This document shows positions 10,754-20,734 of a stretch of DNA of 64,000 bases, in pieces. Every line of letters begins with the position of its first letter. Position 1 is the first letter of the stretch. The stretch is from assembly GCF_001632775.1 (NCBI RefSeq), contig NZ_CP015249.1:288686-352685 (forward strand), read 5' to 3'. Under the pieces are notes generated by a model, which was not told the DNA's origin, did not search any database, and saw nothing but the letters and a program-made list of their open reading frames with translations. The DNA comes from Dokdonella koreensis DS-123. GTDB taxonomy: Bacteria > Pseudomonadota > Gammaproteobacteria > Xanthomonadales > Rhodanobacteraceae. The position numbers and the translations under genes were made by a program.

Positions 10754-11046
10754 TAGGAAAAATATTTCTTACCGTGATGGTGCTTATTGCTGGGTGCGCA
10801 AGCTTTGGCGGCGACATGATTGTTCGCGTGTCTGGAGTGGTGCCTGAACCTAGTGCAATAGATAGAGTAAATCAACCTTGTCGACTTGAGATTGTTTCCA
10901 TCAGGAGTGGAAAATCTGGGGCGGCACGGGATGTCCCGACAAGATTTTCTACAACGATAATGATCGTGGCTGGCCCAGAGCCGGAGCCGTACTATTTTAT
11001 CGCGCAATGTGGCGGGGGGCTAGATTCAAGTCGGCAGAAGTCCTAA
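10744..11046 (+). CDS. putative cognate immunity lipoprotein for the RHS tip (100 aa)
   Basis: ATG at 10744 overlaps the RHS stop (TAA 10751..10753). Lipobox LIAGCAS. Sits in the low-GC DNA that continues from the RHS tip. Confidence 0.5.
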   Translation: MQLIGKIFLTVMVLIAGCASFGGDMIVRVSGVVPEPSAIDRVNQPCRLEIVSIRSGKSGAARDVPTRFSTTIMIVAGPEPEPYYFIAQCGGGLDSSRQKS

Positions 11047-11294
11047 TCAGCAGCCGAAGTTCGTATCCTAGAAGCTTTGATTTAGGTGTGTTGGAGCTGG
11101 AAGAACCATAGAAAAAAGCGCGGGACCGACCACCCGTACAGAAGCGGTCTCAGCGCGGTGCGCTCGGCGTAGCGGGCGGTGGAACGGATGTGAAAATGGT
11201 TGCTGGAGTGAGCGACGTAGCTTCAGTGGGGATCAGCACCTATAAGTCGTATCTAACCACGACGCACACACAACGAAAACGAACGTGGCCTTCT

Positions 11295-11738
11295 ATGTGC
11301 CTCATCGCCGCGGTCATGCTTGGCGGCTGCGACACATCTACTAGCAGGTACCTTGACTTTAATGAGGCCGTGAGCGGCGGAGCAATGACGCGTGGTTGGT
11401 TGCCTGAAAATTTTCCATTGGGCGCGCGTGAAATCGTAGAAACACATAACATCGATACAAACGAGCTATGGGTGAGATTCACTCTGAATAACGCCGGGTT
11501 TGATTATTTTATCCAGAAATGCGCTGCGTCAAATGATCTGCCATGGCCATCCTACAGGCGAGTAAGACGGGTGGCAGCGTGGTGGCCAGAGATGCTCACG
11601 GAGAATGGGGCTGGGCAGCTGCGGAACGAGATTCGCAGGTATCGCTGTGCTGGAATGCCTCACGCTGGAACTAGGCTGGATGCCAGCGTTGTATTTGACC
11701 CAGAGGAAATGACTGTTTGGTACTGGGCCCGAGGCTAG
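11295..11738 (+). CDS. low-GC lipoprotein, possible orphan immunity protein
   Basis: ~50% GC. Internal ATG at 11295 gives MCLIAAVMLGGCDTS (lipobox); the longest ORF starts at 11190. No identifiable domain. Confidence 0.4.
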   Translation: MCLIAAVMLGGCDTSTSRYLDFNEAVSGGAMTRGWLPENFPLGAREIVETHNIDTNELWVRFTLNNAGFDYFIQKCAASNDLPWPSYRRVRRVAAWWPEMLTENGAGQLRNEIRRYRCAGMPHAGTRLDASVVFDPEEMTVWYWARG

Positions 11739-12084
11739 TTGGACGGCGCTGAACTGATCTTTTGGAGGTGATGGTCGAATGAAAAAAGAAAGGTCATTGC
11801 CGTTCCGTCGCAACTTCATACTGGATCACTGCGCGTTCCTCTGCACTCAGATGCTGATACTGTCTTGCCATGGCGACACCCTATCCGTTCCGGGGTGTTG
11901 CGCTTGGAAGTTGAGACTAAGTAGCCTGAGTCGCGGCGGTTCGGCCATACGCTGTGCGCGTCCCCGGACGACATCTTTCACGGAGGCTCGACGGCTGTTG
12001 CCAACCGTCGCGTGCGGAGGCTACGGAAGGAGGCCCTTCTGAAGCAACATCGCTGGCGGCTGCGCTGCAGGAAGGCCGGAGCCA

Positions 12085-13515
12085 ATGCCGAATAGCCACG
12101 ATCCTCATCGTCGGCAACTGCTGCGAGCCCTGGCGCTGGGCGGCTCCGCGGCAGTGATCGGCTGCGGGCGAGAGGACGATGTCACCTACGTCAGCGACGT
12201 GGTCCAGATCGATCGGATCCCCGTCGCGGGTATCGCCAGTCCGGCCAGTACCCCAGAACTGCAACAGCTTCTGCGCGCTTCGCGCACGCCGGTTTCGGTC
12301 GGTGGCGCGCGCTACAGCATGGGCGGCCAGATCGCGGCGGAGGGCTCGCTGCATCTGGACATGCGTGCGATGAACCGGCTGGTCCGGCTGGATGTAGCAG
12401 CGCGTACGGTGCGGGTCCAGGCCGGCATGTGCTGGCGTGATCTCCAGGACATCATCGATACGCGCGATCTGTCCGTGAAGATCATGCAGAGCTACAGCAA
12501 TTTCTCGATCGGTGGCTCGGTCTCGGTCAACTGCCATGGACGCTATGTCGGTGCCGGCCCGTTGGCGCATTCGATTCGTGCCTTGCAGGTGGTGACCGCC
12601 GATGGTGAGGTGCACGAGCTGGACCGGAACCACCAGCCGGAGCTGTTCGCGGCGTGCATCGGCGGTTACGGCGGTCTCGGCGTCATCAGCGAGGTGGAGC
12701 TGGACCTGGCCGACAATGCGGTCATCGAACGGCAGGCGCGCTGGATACCACTGGAGGCGTATCCGGACTTCTTTCGCGAGTCGATACTGGGCAACCCCGA
12801 CGCCGTACTGCACAACGCGGACCTGATGCCGCCGGACTTCAATCGGCCGCTGGCCGTCAGTTGGATGCGAAGCGATGCGCCGCTGACCGATCGGGAGCGG
12901 CTGGTGCCGCGCCACCTGGACTATGGTCGGGACCAGAACCTCATCTGGGTGGCTTCCGAGCTTCCGGTGGGCGGGCGCCTGCGCGAGCGCTTCCAGACCG
13001 ATCGCATCCTGCAGGAGAAGGCGGTCGTCCTTCGCAATCGCGAAGCCAGCCTGGATGCAACCTCGCTGGAGCCGCGCACGCGGATATTCTCCACCTACCT
13101 GTTGCAGGAGTACTTCATTCCGGTGGCGGGTTTCGCACGCTTCGCCACGCAACTGGCCGGTGTCCTCCAGCGGCACGAGGTCAATGCGCTGAACGTATCG
13201 ATCCGCCATTCACCCGCCGACGCCGTGTCGCTGCTGAAATGGGCGGCGACCGAGGTGTTCTCGTTCGTCCTGTACTACAAGCAACGCTCCTTCACATCCA
13301 CCGACGAACGCGCGGCCGACTGGACGCGGCAGCTGGTCGATGCCGCGTTGTCCCTCGGTGGCCGCTACTACCTGCCCTACCGCCTCCACGCGACGCCGCA
13401 GCAGTTCCGTCGTGCCTATCCGGAAGCGGATGACTTCGCCCGCATCAAGCGCGCTGTCGATCCGTACAACCGGTTTCGTAACCGGCTTTGGGACAAGTAT
13501 CTGCCGTCGCCGTGA
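12085..13515 (+). CDS. FAD-binding (PCMH-type) FAD-linked oxidase with Tat signal peptide
   Basis: Twin-arginine motif HRRQLLRALALGGSAAVIGCG. FAD-binding fold motifs VGGARYSMGGQ and GGYGGLGVISEVEL. C-terminal oxidase-like domain. Confidence 0.85.
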   Translation: MPNSHDPHRRQLLRALALGGSAAVIGCGREDDVTYVSDVVQIDRIPVAGIASPASTPELQQLLRASRTPVSVGGARYSMGGQIAAEGSLHLDMRAMNRLVRLDVAARTVRVQAGMCWRDLQDIIDTRDLSVKIMQSYSNFSIGGSVSVNCHGRYVGAGPLAHSIRALQVVTADGEVHELDRNHQPELFAACIGGYGGLGVISEVELDLADNAVIERQARWIPLEAYPDFFRESILGNPDAVLHNADLMPPDFNRPLAVSWMRSDAPLTDRERLVPRHLDYGRDQNLIWVASELPVGGRLRERFQTDRILQEKAVVLRNREASLDATSLEPRTRIFSTYLLQEYFIPVAGFARFATQLAGVLQRHEVNALNVSIRHSPADAVSLLKWAATEVFSFVLYYKQRSFTSTDERAADWTRQLVDAALSLGGRYYLPYRLHATPQQFRRAYPEADDFARIKRAVDPYNRFRNRLWDKYLPSP

Positions 13516-13694
13516 GCATCCGTCGCGCGAGCGCGCAACCGGGCTGCTAGGCGCGTGCCGGGGTGAGGACCGCCAATCCGGGTCGTTGGCCCCTGGCCAA
13601 CCGATGGCAGATCGTTCGTACCGCCGCGTTCGACCGACAGGTCGCATGGATCGCTCGAGCGGCAAACCGCGAACACCACCCGCCTCGCGGGTGG

Positions 13695-14327
13695 CTACCG
13701 AACGGCGCGGGGCTGTCCGGTGGCCGGTGGGTCCGATGCCGAGCCGCCCTCCATCTCGGCGGCCAGCAGGCTGCGCGCGGCCTGCCAGTCGCGCTTGATC
13801 GTGCGCTCGTTGAGGTTCTCGATCGCGGCGATCGCCGGGAAGCTGAGGCCGGCGAAGAAGTGCAGGTGGACGACGCGGGCGGCGCGGGCGTCGATCGCTT
13901 CCAGCGTGGTGAGCGCACGATCCAGCGCCAGCACCTCCAGCGCTTCGCCGGCGGCGTCCGGCAGGTGCTCGTCGAGCGTGACCAGCACGGCCTGGCCGCC
14001 GCGTTTCTCGGCGCCGATGCGGCGTGCGTCGTCGACCAGCACCTGGCGCATCGCGCGGGCTGCCAGTGCCATGAAATGGCCGCGGCTGCTGGCGTCCAGG
14101 CGTTCGGCGTGGATCAGCTTGAGATAGGTCTCGTGGACCAGGACGGTGGTGGAGATCTGCGGGGTGGCCATGCCGCGCAGCTGGTGGTGCGCGCAGCGGC
14201 GCAGCTCCTCGTAGAGCCGCGCGAACAGCCGGCCCGAGGCGTCGGCGTCGCCGCGGCCGGCAGCGAGCAGCAGGTCGGTGCAGCCTTCGTCCATCGGCAA
14301 GATCGCGTACCTCGGTGGGCCGAGCAT
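13695..14327 (-). CDS. ECF sigma factor, Ser/Thr-kinase-associated type (TIGR02999-like)
   Basis: N-terminal DLLLAAGRGDADASGRLFARLYEELRRCAHHQLR, region 2 HETYLKL and a region 4 HTH. Alternative ATG at 14294. Lies 21 nt downstream of the kinase stop. Confidence 0.85.
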   Translation of the reverse strand: MLGPPRYAILPMDEGCTDLLLAAGRGDADASGRLFARLYEELRRCAHHQLRGMATPQISTTVLVHETYLKLIHAERLDASSRGHFMALAARAMRQVLVDDARRIGAEKRGGQAVLVTLDEHLPDAAGEALEVLALDRALTTLEAIDARAARVVHLHFFAGLSFPAIAAIENLNERTIKRDWQAARSLLAAEMEGGSASDPPATGQPRAVR

Positions 14328-14348
14328 CGCCGCTGCGGCCCGGCGCCG

Positions 14349-17216
14349 TCAATCGCGGGCCAGGTCCACTGCCAGGTCCGGATCGGGTGCCTCGATCGTC
14401 GCCAGCAGCGCGGCGCCCTGGCGCCGGAACGCGGCGGCTTCGTCGCGCCGGCCTTGGGCGCGGGCGACGCGGGCCAGCACCGCGAAGCTGGCCACCTGGC
14501 GACTGGGATGCTCGTCGCGCCGGCCGGCCATCACCTGCTCGGCCAGCGGCCGCGCCTCGTCGCCGCGCCCGAGCGCCGCCAGCGCATCGGCCTGGATCGC
14601 GAGGGACTGCAGGGCGCGTGGCTCGCCGGCCGCGCCGACCTGCGTGAACAGGGCCAGCGAGGCCTGTGCGGCGGCGAGCGCCGCCGCTGGCTGGCCGCCG
14701 TGCAGCAGCACCTGCGCCAGCGTCTGGCGGATGGCGGCGGTTTCGCGGCCGGGCCGCATGGCTGCATCGGCGATCGCCACGGCCTGGCGGGCGTGCCGCT
14801 CGGCGGCGGCGGCGTCGCCGCGACGCGAGGCGAGCTGCGCCAGTATGTTCTCGTCGTTGGCGATGGCCGGATGGCCCTCGCCCAGCGCCGCGCGGTGCAC
14901 CGCGAGAGCGTCGTCGAGCAGGGTGGCGGCTTCCTCGTAGTTGCCCCGGCGTATCAGGACCGCCGCGAGGTTGGCGGCGGTGGTCGCGACCGACGACGTG
15001 CCCTGTTGGCCGATCGCCTGCTGGATCGCCAGCGACCGGCGCAGGTGGGTCTCGGCCTCGGCGAAGCGGAACTGCGAACCGGCGACGATCGCCAGTGAGT
15101 TGAGCGTGTTGGCGAGGTCACCGTGGTTCTCGCCCAAGGCGGCGGTCTGGAGGGCCACTGCTTCTTCGAACGCGCGGCGCGCCAGGTCGAGCTTGTTCTG
15201 CTGGCGCAGCGCACCGCCGAGCACCTGCAGCGATTCGGCGACGGCCGGATGGCGGTCGCCGAGCCGGCGCCGGCGGGCGTCCAGCGCCTTGCGGGCCTCG
15301 GCCTCGCCTTCGACCGGCAGCGACCGGCTGAGCATCAGCACGGCGTAGTCGTTGCGGATCTGCGCGACGCGCGTGTCGTCCTCGCCGAGCGCACCGACGG
15401 CGGTCGCGATCGCTTCTTCGAACGCGGCGCTGGCCTCGTCGAAACGGCCGAGCCGGGTCAGCAGCAGCGCCTCGGCCTGGCGATCGCGGGCGCGATCCAC
15501 GCGCCCTTCGGGGCCGCGCCCGGCATCGATCGCGAGCGCCGCGCGCACGTCGTCCAGGCCGGCCGCGAAGGCGCCGCGCTTTTCGTGCAGCAGGGCGCGC
15601 TCGGTGAGTGCCCGCGCGCGCAGGGCCGGCTCCACCGGCCCGGCCAGCACGGTGTCGAGCAGCCCGGCGGCGTCCTCCAGGTGTGCGCGTTCGCGTTCGA
15701 CCACGGCCAGTTCCAGCAGGGCGGGCCGGTAGGCCGGCTGCGCGGCCGCGGTGTCGCCGTCGCGCACCTGGGCCAGCAGTGCGGCGGCCTGCGGGTACTG
15801 GCCGAGCTGGCGGTAGAGCCGGCCCAGCGTCAGCAGCATCTCGGCGCGCAGGCGCGGCTGGTCGGTGAGCTCGGTGTGGATCTTCTCGGCGCCGCGATCG
15901 AGCAGCTCGCGCGCGGTGATGCGTTCGCCGGCGGCGCTGTCCGGCGCGGATGCGTCGAAGACATCGGTGAGGAACGCCTGCGCGGCGCGCGCCAGGCGTG
16001 CCTCGTCCTCGGCGCGATGGGCCTGCCACAGGGCCAGCGCGGTGCCGCCGAGCAGGCCCGCGACCGCCAGCACGCCGAGCGCGACGGTGGTGCGATGGCG
16101 GCCGATGAAGCGCCGCGTGCGATAGGCCGCGCTGTCGGCCCGGGCCAGGATCGGCTGGCCGTCGCGCCAGCGCCGCAGGTCGTCCGCCAGCGCCTCGACG
16201 CCGGCATAGCGCCGTGCCGGGTCCGGATCGGCGGCGCGTGCGACGATGATGCCCAGATCGCCACGCAGCACGCGCGCCGGTACGCCCGGCGGGCCGGCGG
16301 TACCGGCCGTCTCGCGCGCCAGGGCCAGGCGCAGGGCCGGGCGCGCCGCCGTGTCGAACGCGCTGTGGCGCTGGCCGCTCAGCAGCTCGAACAGCAGCAC
16401 GCCGAGCTGGTAGACGTCGGCGGCGGTCGTCACCAGCGCGCCGGCGGCCTGCTCCGGCGCGGCATAGGCGGTGGACAGGAAACGCCCGCCGGTGGCGGTG
16501 TGCGCGGGGTCGGCGGTGTCCTCCAGCACCTTGGCGATGCCGAAGTCGAGCAGCTTGGGATGGCCGTCGGCGTCGACCAGGACGTTGCCGGGCTTGATGT
16601 CGCGATGGACGATCAGCTGGCGATGCGCATGGGCGACGGCGGTGCAGATCGCCAGGAACAGCGCGACGTGCGCGGCCGGGTCCGCGCCGGTGCGCGCGCT
16701 CCAGGCCGCCAGCGATTCGCCGTTGACGTACTCCATGACCAGGAACGGCCGGCCGTCGGCGGCGACGCCGCCGTCGAGCAGGCGCGCGATGTTCGGATGG
16801 TCCAGCCGCGAAAGGATCTGCCGCTCGCGGCGGAAGCGCGCCAGCAGTGCATCGGAATCCATGCCGCGACGGATCAGCTTCAGCGCGCCCTGCTGGATGT
16901 AGCCGTCGCCGTCGCGCTCGGCCAGGTGGACGGTGCCCATGCCGCCGCTGCCGAGCACGCGCACGATGCGCCAGGCGCCGACGGCGGTGCCGGCCGGCAA
17001 CGCGCCGTCGCCGGTGTCGGCCAGCCGCGCGGCGACGTCGGCCGCGCGGCGGTCGAGCACGCCGGCGGCACGCTCGCCGAGCAGCGCGCGCGCTTCCGCG
17101 TCGAAGGCCGGATCGCCGGCGCTGGCGGCCGCGATCAGCGCCTCGCGTTCCTCGGTGTCGGCATCGAGTGCCTGGCGGACCAGGGTGAACAGGCGGCGCT
17201 TGCGCTCGATGTCCAT
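14349..17216 (-). CDS. Ser/Thr protein kinase with TM segment and C-terminal TPR repeats (955 aa)
   Basis: Internal ATG (complement of 17214..17216) gives MDIERKRR... Kinase motifs GSGGMGTVHLAER, ALKL, HRDIKPGNVL, DFGIAK and APE. A TM helix VALGVLAVAGLLGGTALALW follows, then ~500 aa of TPR-like repeats. Confidence 0.9.
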   Translation of the reverse strand: MDIERKRRLFTLVRQALDADTEEREALIAAASAGDPAFDAEARALLGERAAGVLDRRAADVAARLADTGDGALPAGTAVGAWRIVRVLGSGGMGTVHLAERDGDGYIQQGALKLIRRGMDSDALLARFRRERQILSRLDHPNIARLLDGGVAADGRPFLVMEYVNGESLAAWSARTGADPAAHVALFLAICTAVAHAHRQLIVHRDIKPGNVLVDADGHPKLLDFGIAKVLEDTADPAHTATGGRFLSTAYAAPEQAAGALVTTAADVYQLGVLLFELLSGQRHSAFDTAARPALRLALARETAGTAGPPGVPARVLRGDLGIIVARAADPDPARRYAGVEALADDLRRWRDGQPILARADSAAYRTRRFIGRHRTTVALGVLAVAGLLGGTALALWQAHRAEDEARLARAAQAFLTDVFDASAPDSAAGERITARELLDRGAEKIHTELTDQPRLRAEMLLTLGRLYRQLGQYPQAAALLAQVRDGDTAAAQPAYRPALLELAVVERERAHLEDAAGLLDTVLAGPVEPALRARALTERALLHEKRGAFAAGLDDVRAALAIDAGRGPEGRVDRARDRQAEALLLTRLGRFDEASAAFEEAIATAVGALGEDDTRVAQIRNDYAVLMLSRSLPVEGEAEARKALDARRRRLGDRHPAVAESLQVLGGALRQQNKLDLARRAFEEAVALQTAALGENHGDLANTLNSLAIVAGSQFRFAEAETHLRRSLAIQQAIGQQGTSSVATTAANLAAVLIRRGNYEEAATLLDDALAVHRAALGEGHPAIANDENILAQLASRRGDAAAAERHARQAVAIADAAMRPGRETAAIRQTLAQVLLHGGQPAAALAAAQASLALFTQVGAAGEPRALQSLAIQADALAALGRGDEARPLAEQVMAGRRDEHPSRQVASFAVLARVARAQGRRDEAAAFRRQGAALLATIEAPDPDLAVDLARD

Positions 17217-17301
17217 GACAGGCTCGTCGGCAGGGTTTGGACAGCGTCGCATGCGCCGCGGCCGCTGGACAGGGGCCGCACGGGCCCCGGCCCGGGCCGG
17301 C

Positions 17302-18777
17302 TCAGTCGCCGGCGGGACCCCCGAAACGGTCGGCGAACAGGCTGTCGGTGGCGATGTGGCGGCTGATCGTCATGTCCAGGTCCAGGCCACTCCATTTGCG
17401 GCTGCCGGCCGAGACGATCGCCCCGTCGGTGTGGATCAGGTCGTTGCCGATGCTCTCGACGGGTGCACTGCTGCCGGGGAAGTCGAGCACGGCGGCCGCG
17501 TGCTGTGGCCCGCCGTTGGCACCGACCTGCAGCAGACCCACGATCGGGTGGCTGTCGCCGAACAGGTCGGCACGCATGTTGAGGCCGACCACCAGGTCGC
17601 GGTTGCCGGGCCGCTCGACCAGGCCGAACGGCTTGTTGGTGCCGCTCATGACCAGCCGGTGCACCATTCCGCCGGGGCCGAAGCCGGTGTCCGGCGAGCC
17701 GTCGGCGCGGTACGCCACCAGCACCATCTGGGCCTGGACCGGCGTCTGCGTGTCGTCGATCGCGTAGCCCGCGACGACGAAACCCCCATTGGCGCGACGC
17801 AGCAGGCGGGTCATGTGGTCCTCCTTGCTGGTGCCCAGGTCCACCGAGATGAAGACGTGTCCCGGCCCGAACGGGACGGCCTGGCCGCTGATGCCGTCCA
17901 CGGTCGCCACGAAGCCGTCGATGTCGGTGGGGCCGCCGCGCTTGACGTCGCCGGTGATGGCCAGCCGCACCGCCCCGGGGGACGGCGAGTAGGCGACGAT
18001 GTCGGTGATCGTGTCGCGCAGATTGCCGCCCATGTCGAAGTTGCGGTGATAGCGCCCGTTGGTGGCGAAGCCGCTGTCGATCGTGCCGCTGGTCGCGCTG
18101 AGCTTGGTGATGCAGATCGCGTCGTTGTAGTTGCTGCCCGAGCCGGAGCCGCAGCTGCCGGCCACGTACAGGGCGCTGTAGGCGGAAATGATCCGCGCCG
18201 GGACGTCGTTGACGTGCTCGGTTCCCGTGCCCAGGTCGAACGGCACGGACTGAAAGCCGTTGGCGCCGAAGCCTTCGCAGCGGTCGCCGTCGGCGTCGAG
18301 GCACAGGATGCCGAAGTCGATGTCGCCGGCCACCGGGTGGGTGTAGCTGCCGGCGAAGTACAGCGTGTCGCCGATGCCCTTGGCGACGTCGTAGACCATG
18401 TCCATGCCCGAGGGCGCGGTGTGCTTGCCGGTGCCGCGGTAGCTGGTATCGAGCGTGCCGTCGGCGCGCAGCTTGGCGATGGCGACCCGTGGCGGCTCGT
18501 TGATGCCGGTGCCGTGGATGCCGGCCAGCCAGTAGCCGCCATCGCTGGCCTTGAACACGCGATCCGGGGTGTCGGTGTTGCTGAAGGCGTCGTTGAAGTC
18601 GACCACCTGCGAGCCGTCGCCGGTGAAGCCCGGGTCCAGGGTCAGGTCGCTGGGTACGCCGCCGAACGGGACCAGCGGGTGGTCGGTGCCGACGGGCAGG
18701 TCCGGCTTGGTGGCGAGCGCACAGGGGGCCAGGGTCAGTCCGGCGCACAGCAGGCCGGTGCAAAGCAGCGTTCTCAT
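17302..18777 (-). CDS. secreted repeat protein with delta-60 / beta-propeller-like repeats (491 aa)
   Basis: Internal ATG (complement of 18775..18777) with a GAGGAAG RBS. Signal peptide MRTLLCTGLLCAGLTLAPCALA. Repeated D-S/T-G-F-G-x-G/N-G motifs (TGFGPGGMV, EGFGANGF, SGFATNGR). The C-terminus is ...SLFADRFGGPAGD. Confidence 0.7.
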   Translation of the reverse strand: MRTLLCTGLLCAGLTLAPCALATKPDLPVGTDHPLVPFGGVPSDLTLDPGFTGDGSQVVDFNDAFSNTDTPDRVFKASDGGYWLAGIHGTGINEPPRVAIAKLRADGTLDTSYRGTGKHTAPSGMDMVYDVAKGIGDTLYFAGSYTHPVAGDIDFGILCLDADGDRCEGFGANGFQSVPFDLGTGTEHVNDVPARIISAYSALYVAGSCGSGSGSNYNDAICITKLSATSGTIDSGFATNGRYHRNFDMGGNLRDTITDIVAYSPSPGAVRLAITGDVKRGGPTDIDGFVATVDGISGQAVPFGPGHVFISVDLGTSKEDHMTRLLRRANGGFVVAGYAIDDTQTPVQAQMVLVAYRADGSPDTGFGPGGMVHRLVMSGTNKPFGLVERPGNRDLVVGLNMRADLFGDSHPIVGLLQVGANGGPQHAAAVLDFPGSSAPVESIGNDLIHTDGAIVSAGSRKWSGLDLDMTISRHIATDSLFADRFGGPAGD

Positions 18778-18985
18778 CGGTCTTCCTCGGATCAGGGGAT
18801 GCCTGGGAGGAGGAGTACGCAATCGCGCTGCCGATCGGGACATCACGGGGAGGGCCGGACGGCGGGTTTGCGTGGCGGGCGCTGTCCGATGCGCGGCAGG
18901 TTTCTCGTATTCCCAGCCGATGGATCCCGGGAAACGGTCTTCCCGGGATCGACGTCGACCGCTTTTTCACAAAGGAATCGATGAC

Positions 18986-20590
18986 ATGGCCCAGGCCGTG
19001 CCCCCTCGTGTCGTCCCAGGCGCCTTCATCCGGCCGGGCCGGCGTGTCCGTGGCCTCGCCGCGTTGTGGCTGGCGTTCGCGTTGCCGGCCATCGCCGGCC
19101 CCGGCGGCGACCCGTTCGCGCTGCCGGAGATTCCCGACGGCCGCGAGGCGCCGGCCTTGCCGACTGCCTACGCAACCTACCCGTTCGCGCCGGATGCCAC
19201 GTTCGGCGGCCCGTACGGCACCGGTGGCCTCGACGTGATCCGCGGCGGGCTGATCGGCGGTGACGCCGTTGCGATGCGCTCGGCGACGCTCGAGAACGGC
19301 GATGTGGTGACCGCCGGCCTGGTCACCACCGGCGGCGCCTACACCATCGTCCTCAACCGGCAGAACGCCGGTGGCACCGGCGTCAACTGGCCGGCCAGCG
19401 GGCAGATCTACGTCATCCACGCCAATCCCAGCGGCAACCGCTATGCCAGGATCGACGACCTGCGGGTCTTCGACGACCGCATCTACGTGCTGGCCACGCG
19501 CGCCTATTCGGCGACCGATACCGATGTCGACGTCGTCGTGTTCGATCTGGACGGCAACCTGGTCACCCGGTACGTGGGCATGGGCACCACCGCCAACGAA
19601 CGCGGTGGTGGGCTGGCGTTCTACCAGGTCGTCGGCACCACCACGGTGACGACCTACGTCATCGTCATCGGCGAGCAGACCGCCGGCGGCCGGACCCAGC
19701 CGGTGTTCTCGCGCGCGTCGTGGACCTCGGCCGCCAGCCTGGTGCGCGATCCGGCCGTCGGCCTGCGGCCGATCGACATTCCCGACGGCCTGTGTGGCGG
19801 GTCGAGCGCGCCGTGCTCGATGCGGGTCGCCGGCGTGGCGACCACCGGCAGCAGCTTCCTGGCGATCGATCCGCAGCGAATCTACATCGGCGGGTCGATC
19901 CTCTACTCGGGCGAGGATTGGGATTTCGCGGTGATGCGCGTGAACCGCTCCGGCGATCTCGTCGAGAGCTTCGGCATCGGTGGTATCCGTCGCGTCCCGA
20001 TCGACGTCGAAGGCAGCGGCACCGACCTGGCGACCGGCGTCGCCGCGCGCCGCCAGGGTGGCCTGACCGACGCCTACGACGAAATCTTCCTTGCCGGCAA
20101 CGTATCGCAGCGCTGCGACGGCGGCATCGGCATCGTCAAGCTGGCCGATGCCGGCGGTGTCGTCTCCACGTTCGGCAACGGCGGCAAGGTCGTGATCGGC
20201 GGCCACAACGGCGGCAGCGGCACCACGCCGATCTGCATACTCAACAACGGCGACGACATCGCTCCAGGCGGCATCCGCGTCGCCGGCGACTACCTCGTCG
20301 TCGCCGGCCAGCGCCAGTGGTACCCGTTCGGCGGCGGCGCCCTGCGCGGCGATGCGCTGTTCGGCGCAGTCCGTGCCAACGGCGGCGCGGTGGCCGATTT
20401 CCGCGGGTACCGGTTGATTTCGCCGTACACCGGCGTGCGCGAGGACAGCATCATCTACGGCATGAGCGTCGATGGCAGCGGTCGCGTGGTGGTCGCCGGC
20501 AACATGTGGGCCGGTACCAACGGCCTGGCCTTCCTGTCCGGCCGCTTCATCGGCGACCGCATCTTCGGCGACGACCTGGAAGTCGACTGA
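18986..20590 (+). CDS. secreted repeat protein with delta-60 / beta-propeller-like repeats (534 aa)
   Basis: ATG at 18986 follows AAAGGA. Signal peptide GLAALWLAFALPAIAGPGG. Repeats TFGNGGKVVIGG, ESFGIGGIRRV and YVGMGTTANE. The C-terminus is ...RIFGDDLEVD. It is divergent from the 17302..18777 gene. Confidence 0.7.
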   Translation: MAQAVPPRVVPGAFIRPGRRVRGLAALWLAFALPAIAGPGGDPFALPEIPDGREAPALPTAYATYPFAPDATFGGPYGTGGLDVIRGGLIGGDAVAMRSATLENGDVVTAGLVTTGGAYTIVLNRQNAGGTGVNWPASGQIYVIHANPSGNRYARIDDLRVFDDRIYVLATRAYSATDTDVDVVVFDLDGNLVTRYVGMGTTANERGGGLAFYQVVGTTTVTTYVIVIGEQTAGGRTQPVFSRASWTSAASLVRDPAVGLRPIDIPDGLCGGSSAPCSMRVAGVATTGSSFLAIDPQRIYIGGSILYSGEDWDFAVMRVNRSGDLVESFGIGGIRRVPIDVEGSGTDLATGVAARRQGGLTDAYDEIFLAGNVSQRCDGGIGIVKLADAGGVVSTFGNGGKVVIGGHNGGSGTTPICILNNGDDIAPGGIRVAGDYLVVAGQRQWYPFGGGALRGDALFGAVRANGGAVADFRGYRLISPYTGVREDSIIYGMSVDGSGRVVVAGNMWAGTNGLAFLSGRFIGDRIFGDDLEVD

Positions 20591-20734
20591 AGACCGGCCG
20601 CTCGTGGCCGGCGGGTGCGCATTCGCGCGCCCGGTATCGGCCGGAGCCGGTGGGAGCCGCGGCGGCGGCGCCAGCGCGCCGCGGCTGCCGTGGCAGCACG
20701 GAGGTGCACCTGTGGCTGCGAGCTGCCGCGTGCC

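Noticed and set aside
11779-12042. 87-aa ORF between the orphan lipoprotein and the FAD oxidase
   Set aside because: It has no RBS, a Cys/Arg-rich odd composition, and lies in the GC-transition zone. It is probably non-coding.
15123-20206. Very long ORFs antisense or alternate-frame to the kinase and delta-60 genes (15123..17366 +, 16933..18984 +, 17135..20206 -, 20615..22702 +)
   Set aside because: Low-complexity R/G/A/D-rich translations. The opposite-frame genes have clear kinase motifs or signal peptides, so these are GC-driven artefacts.
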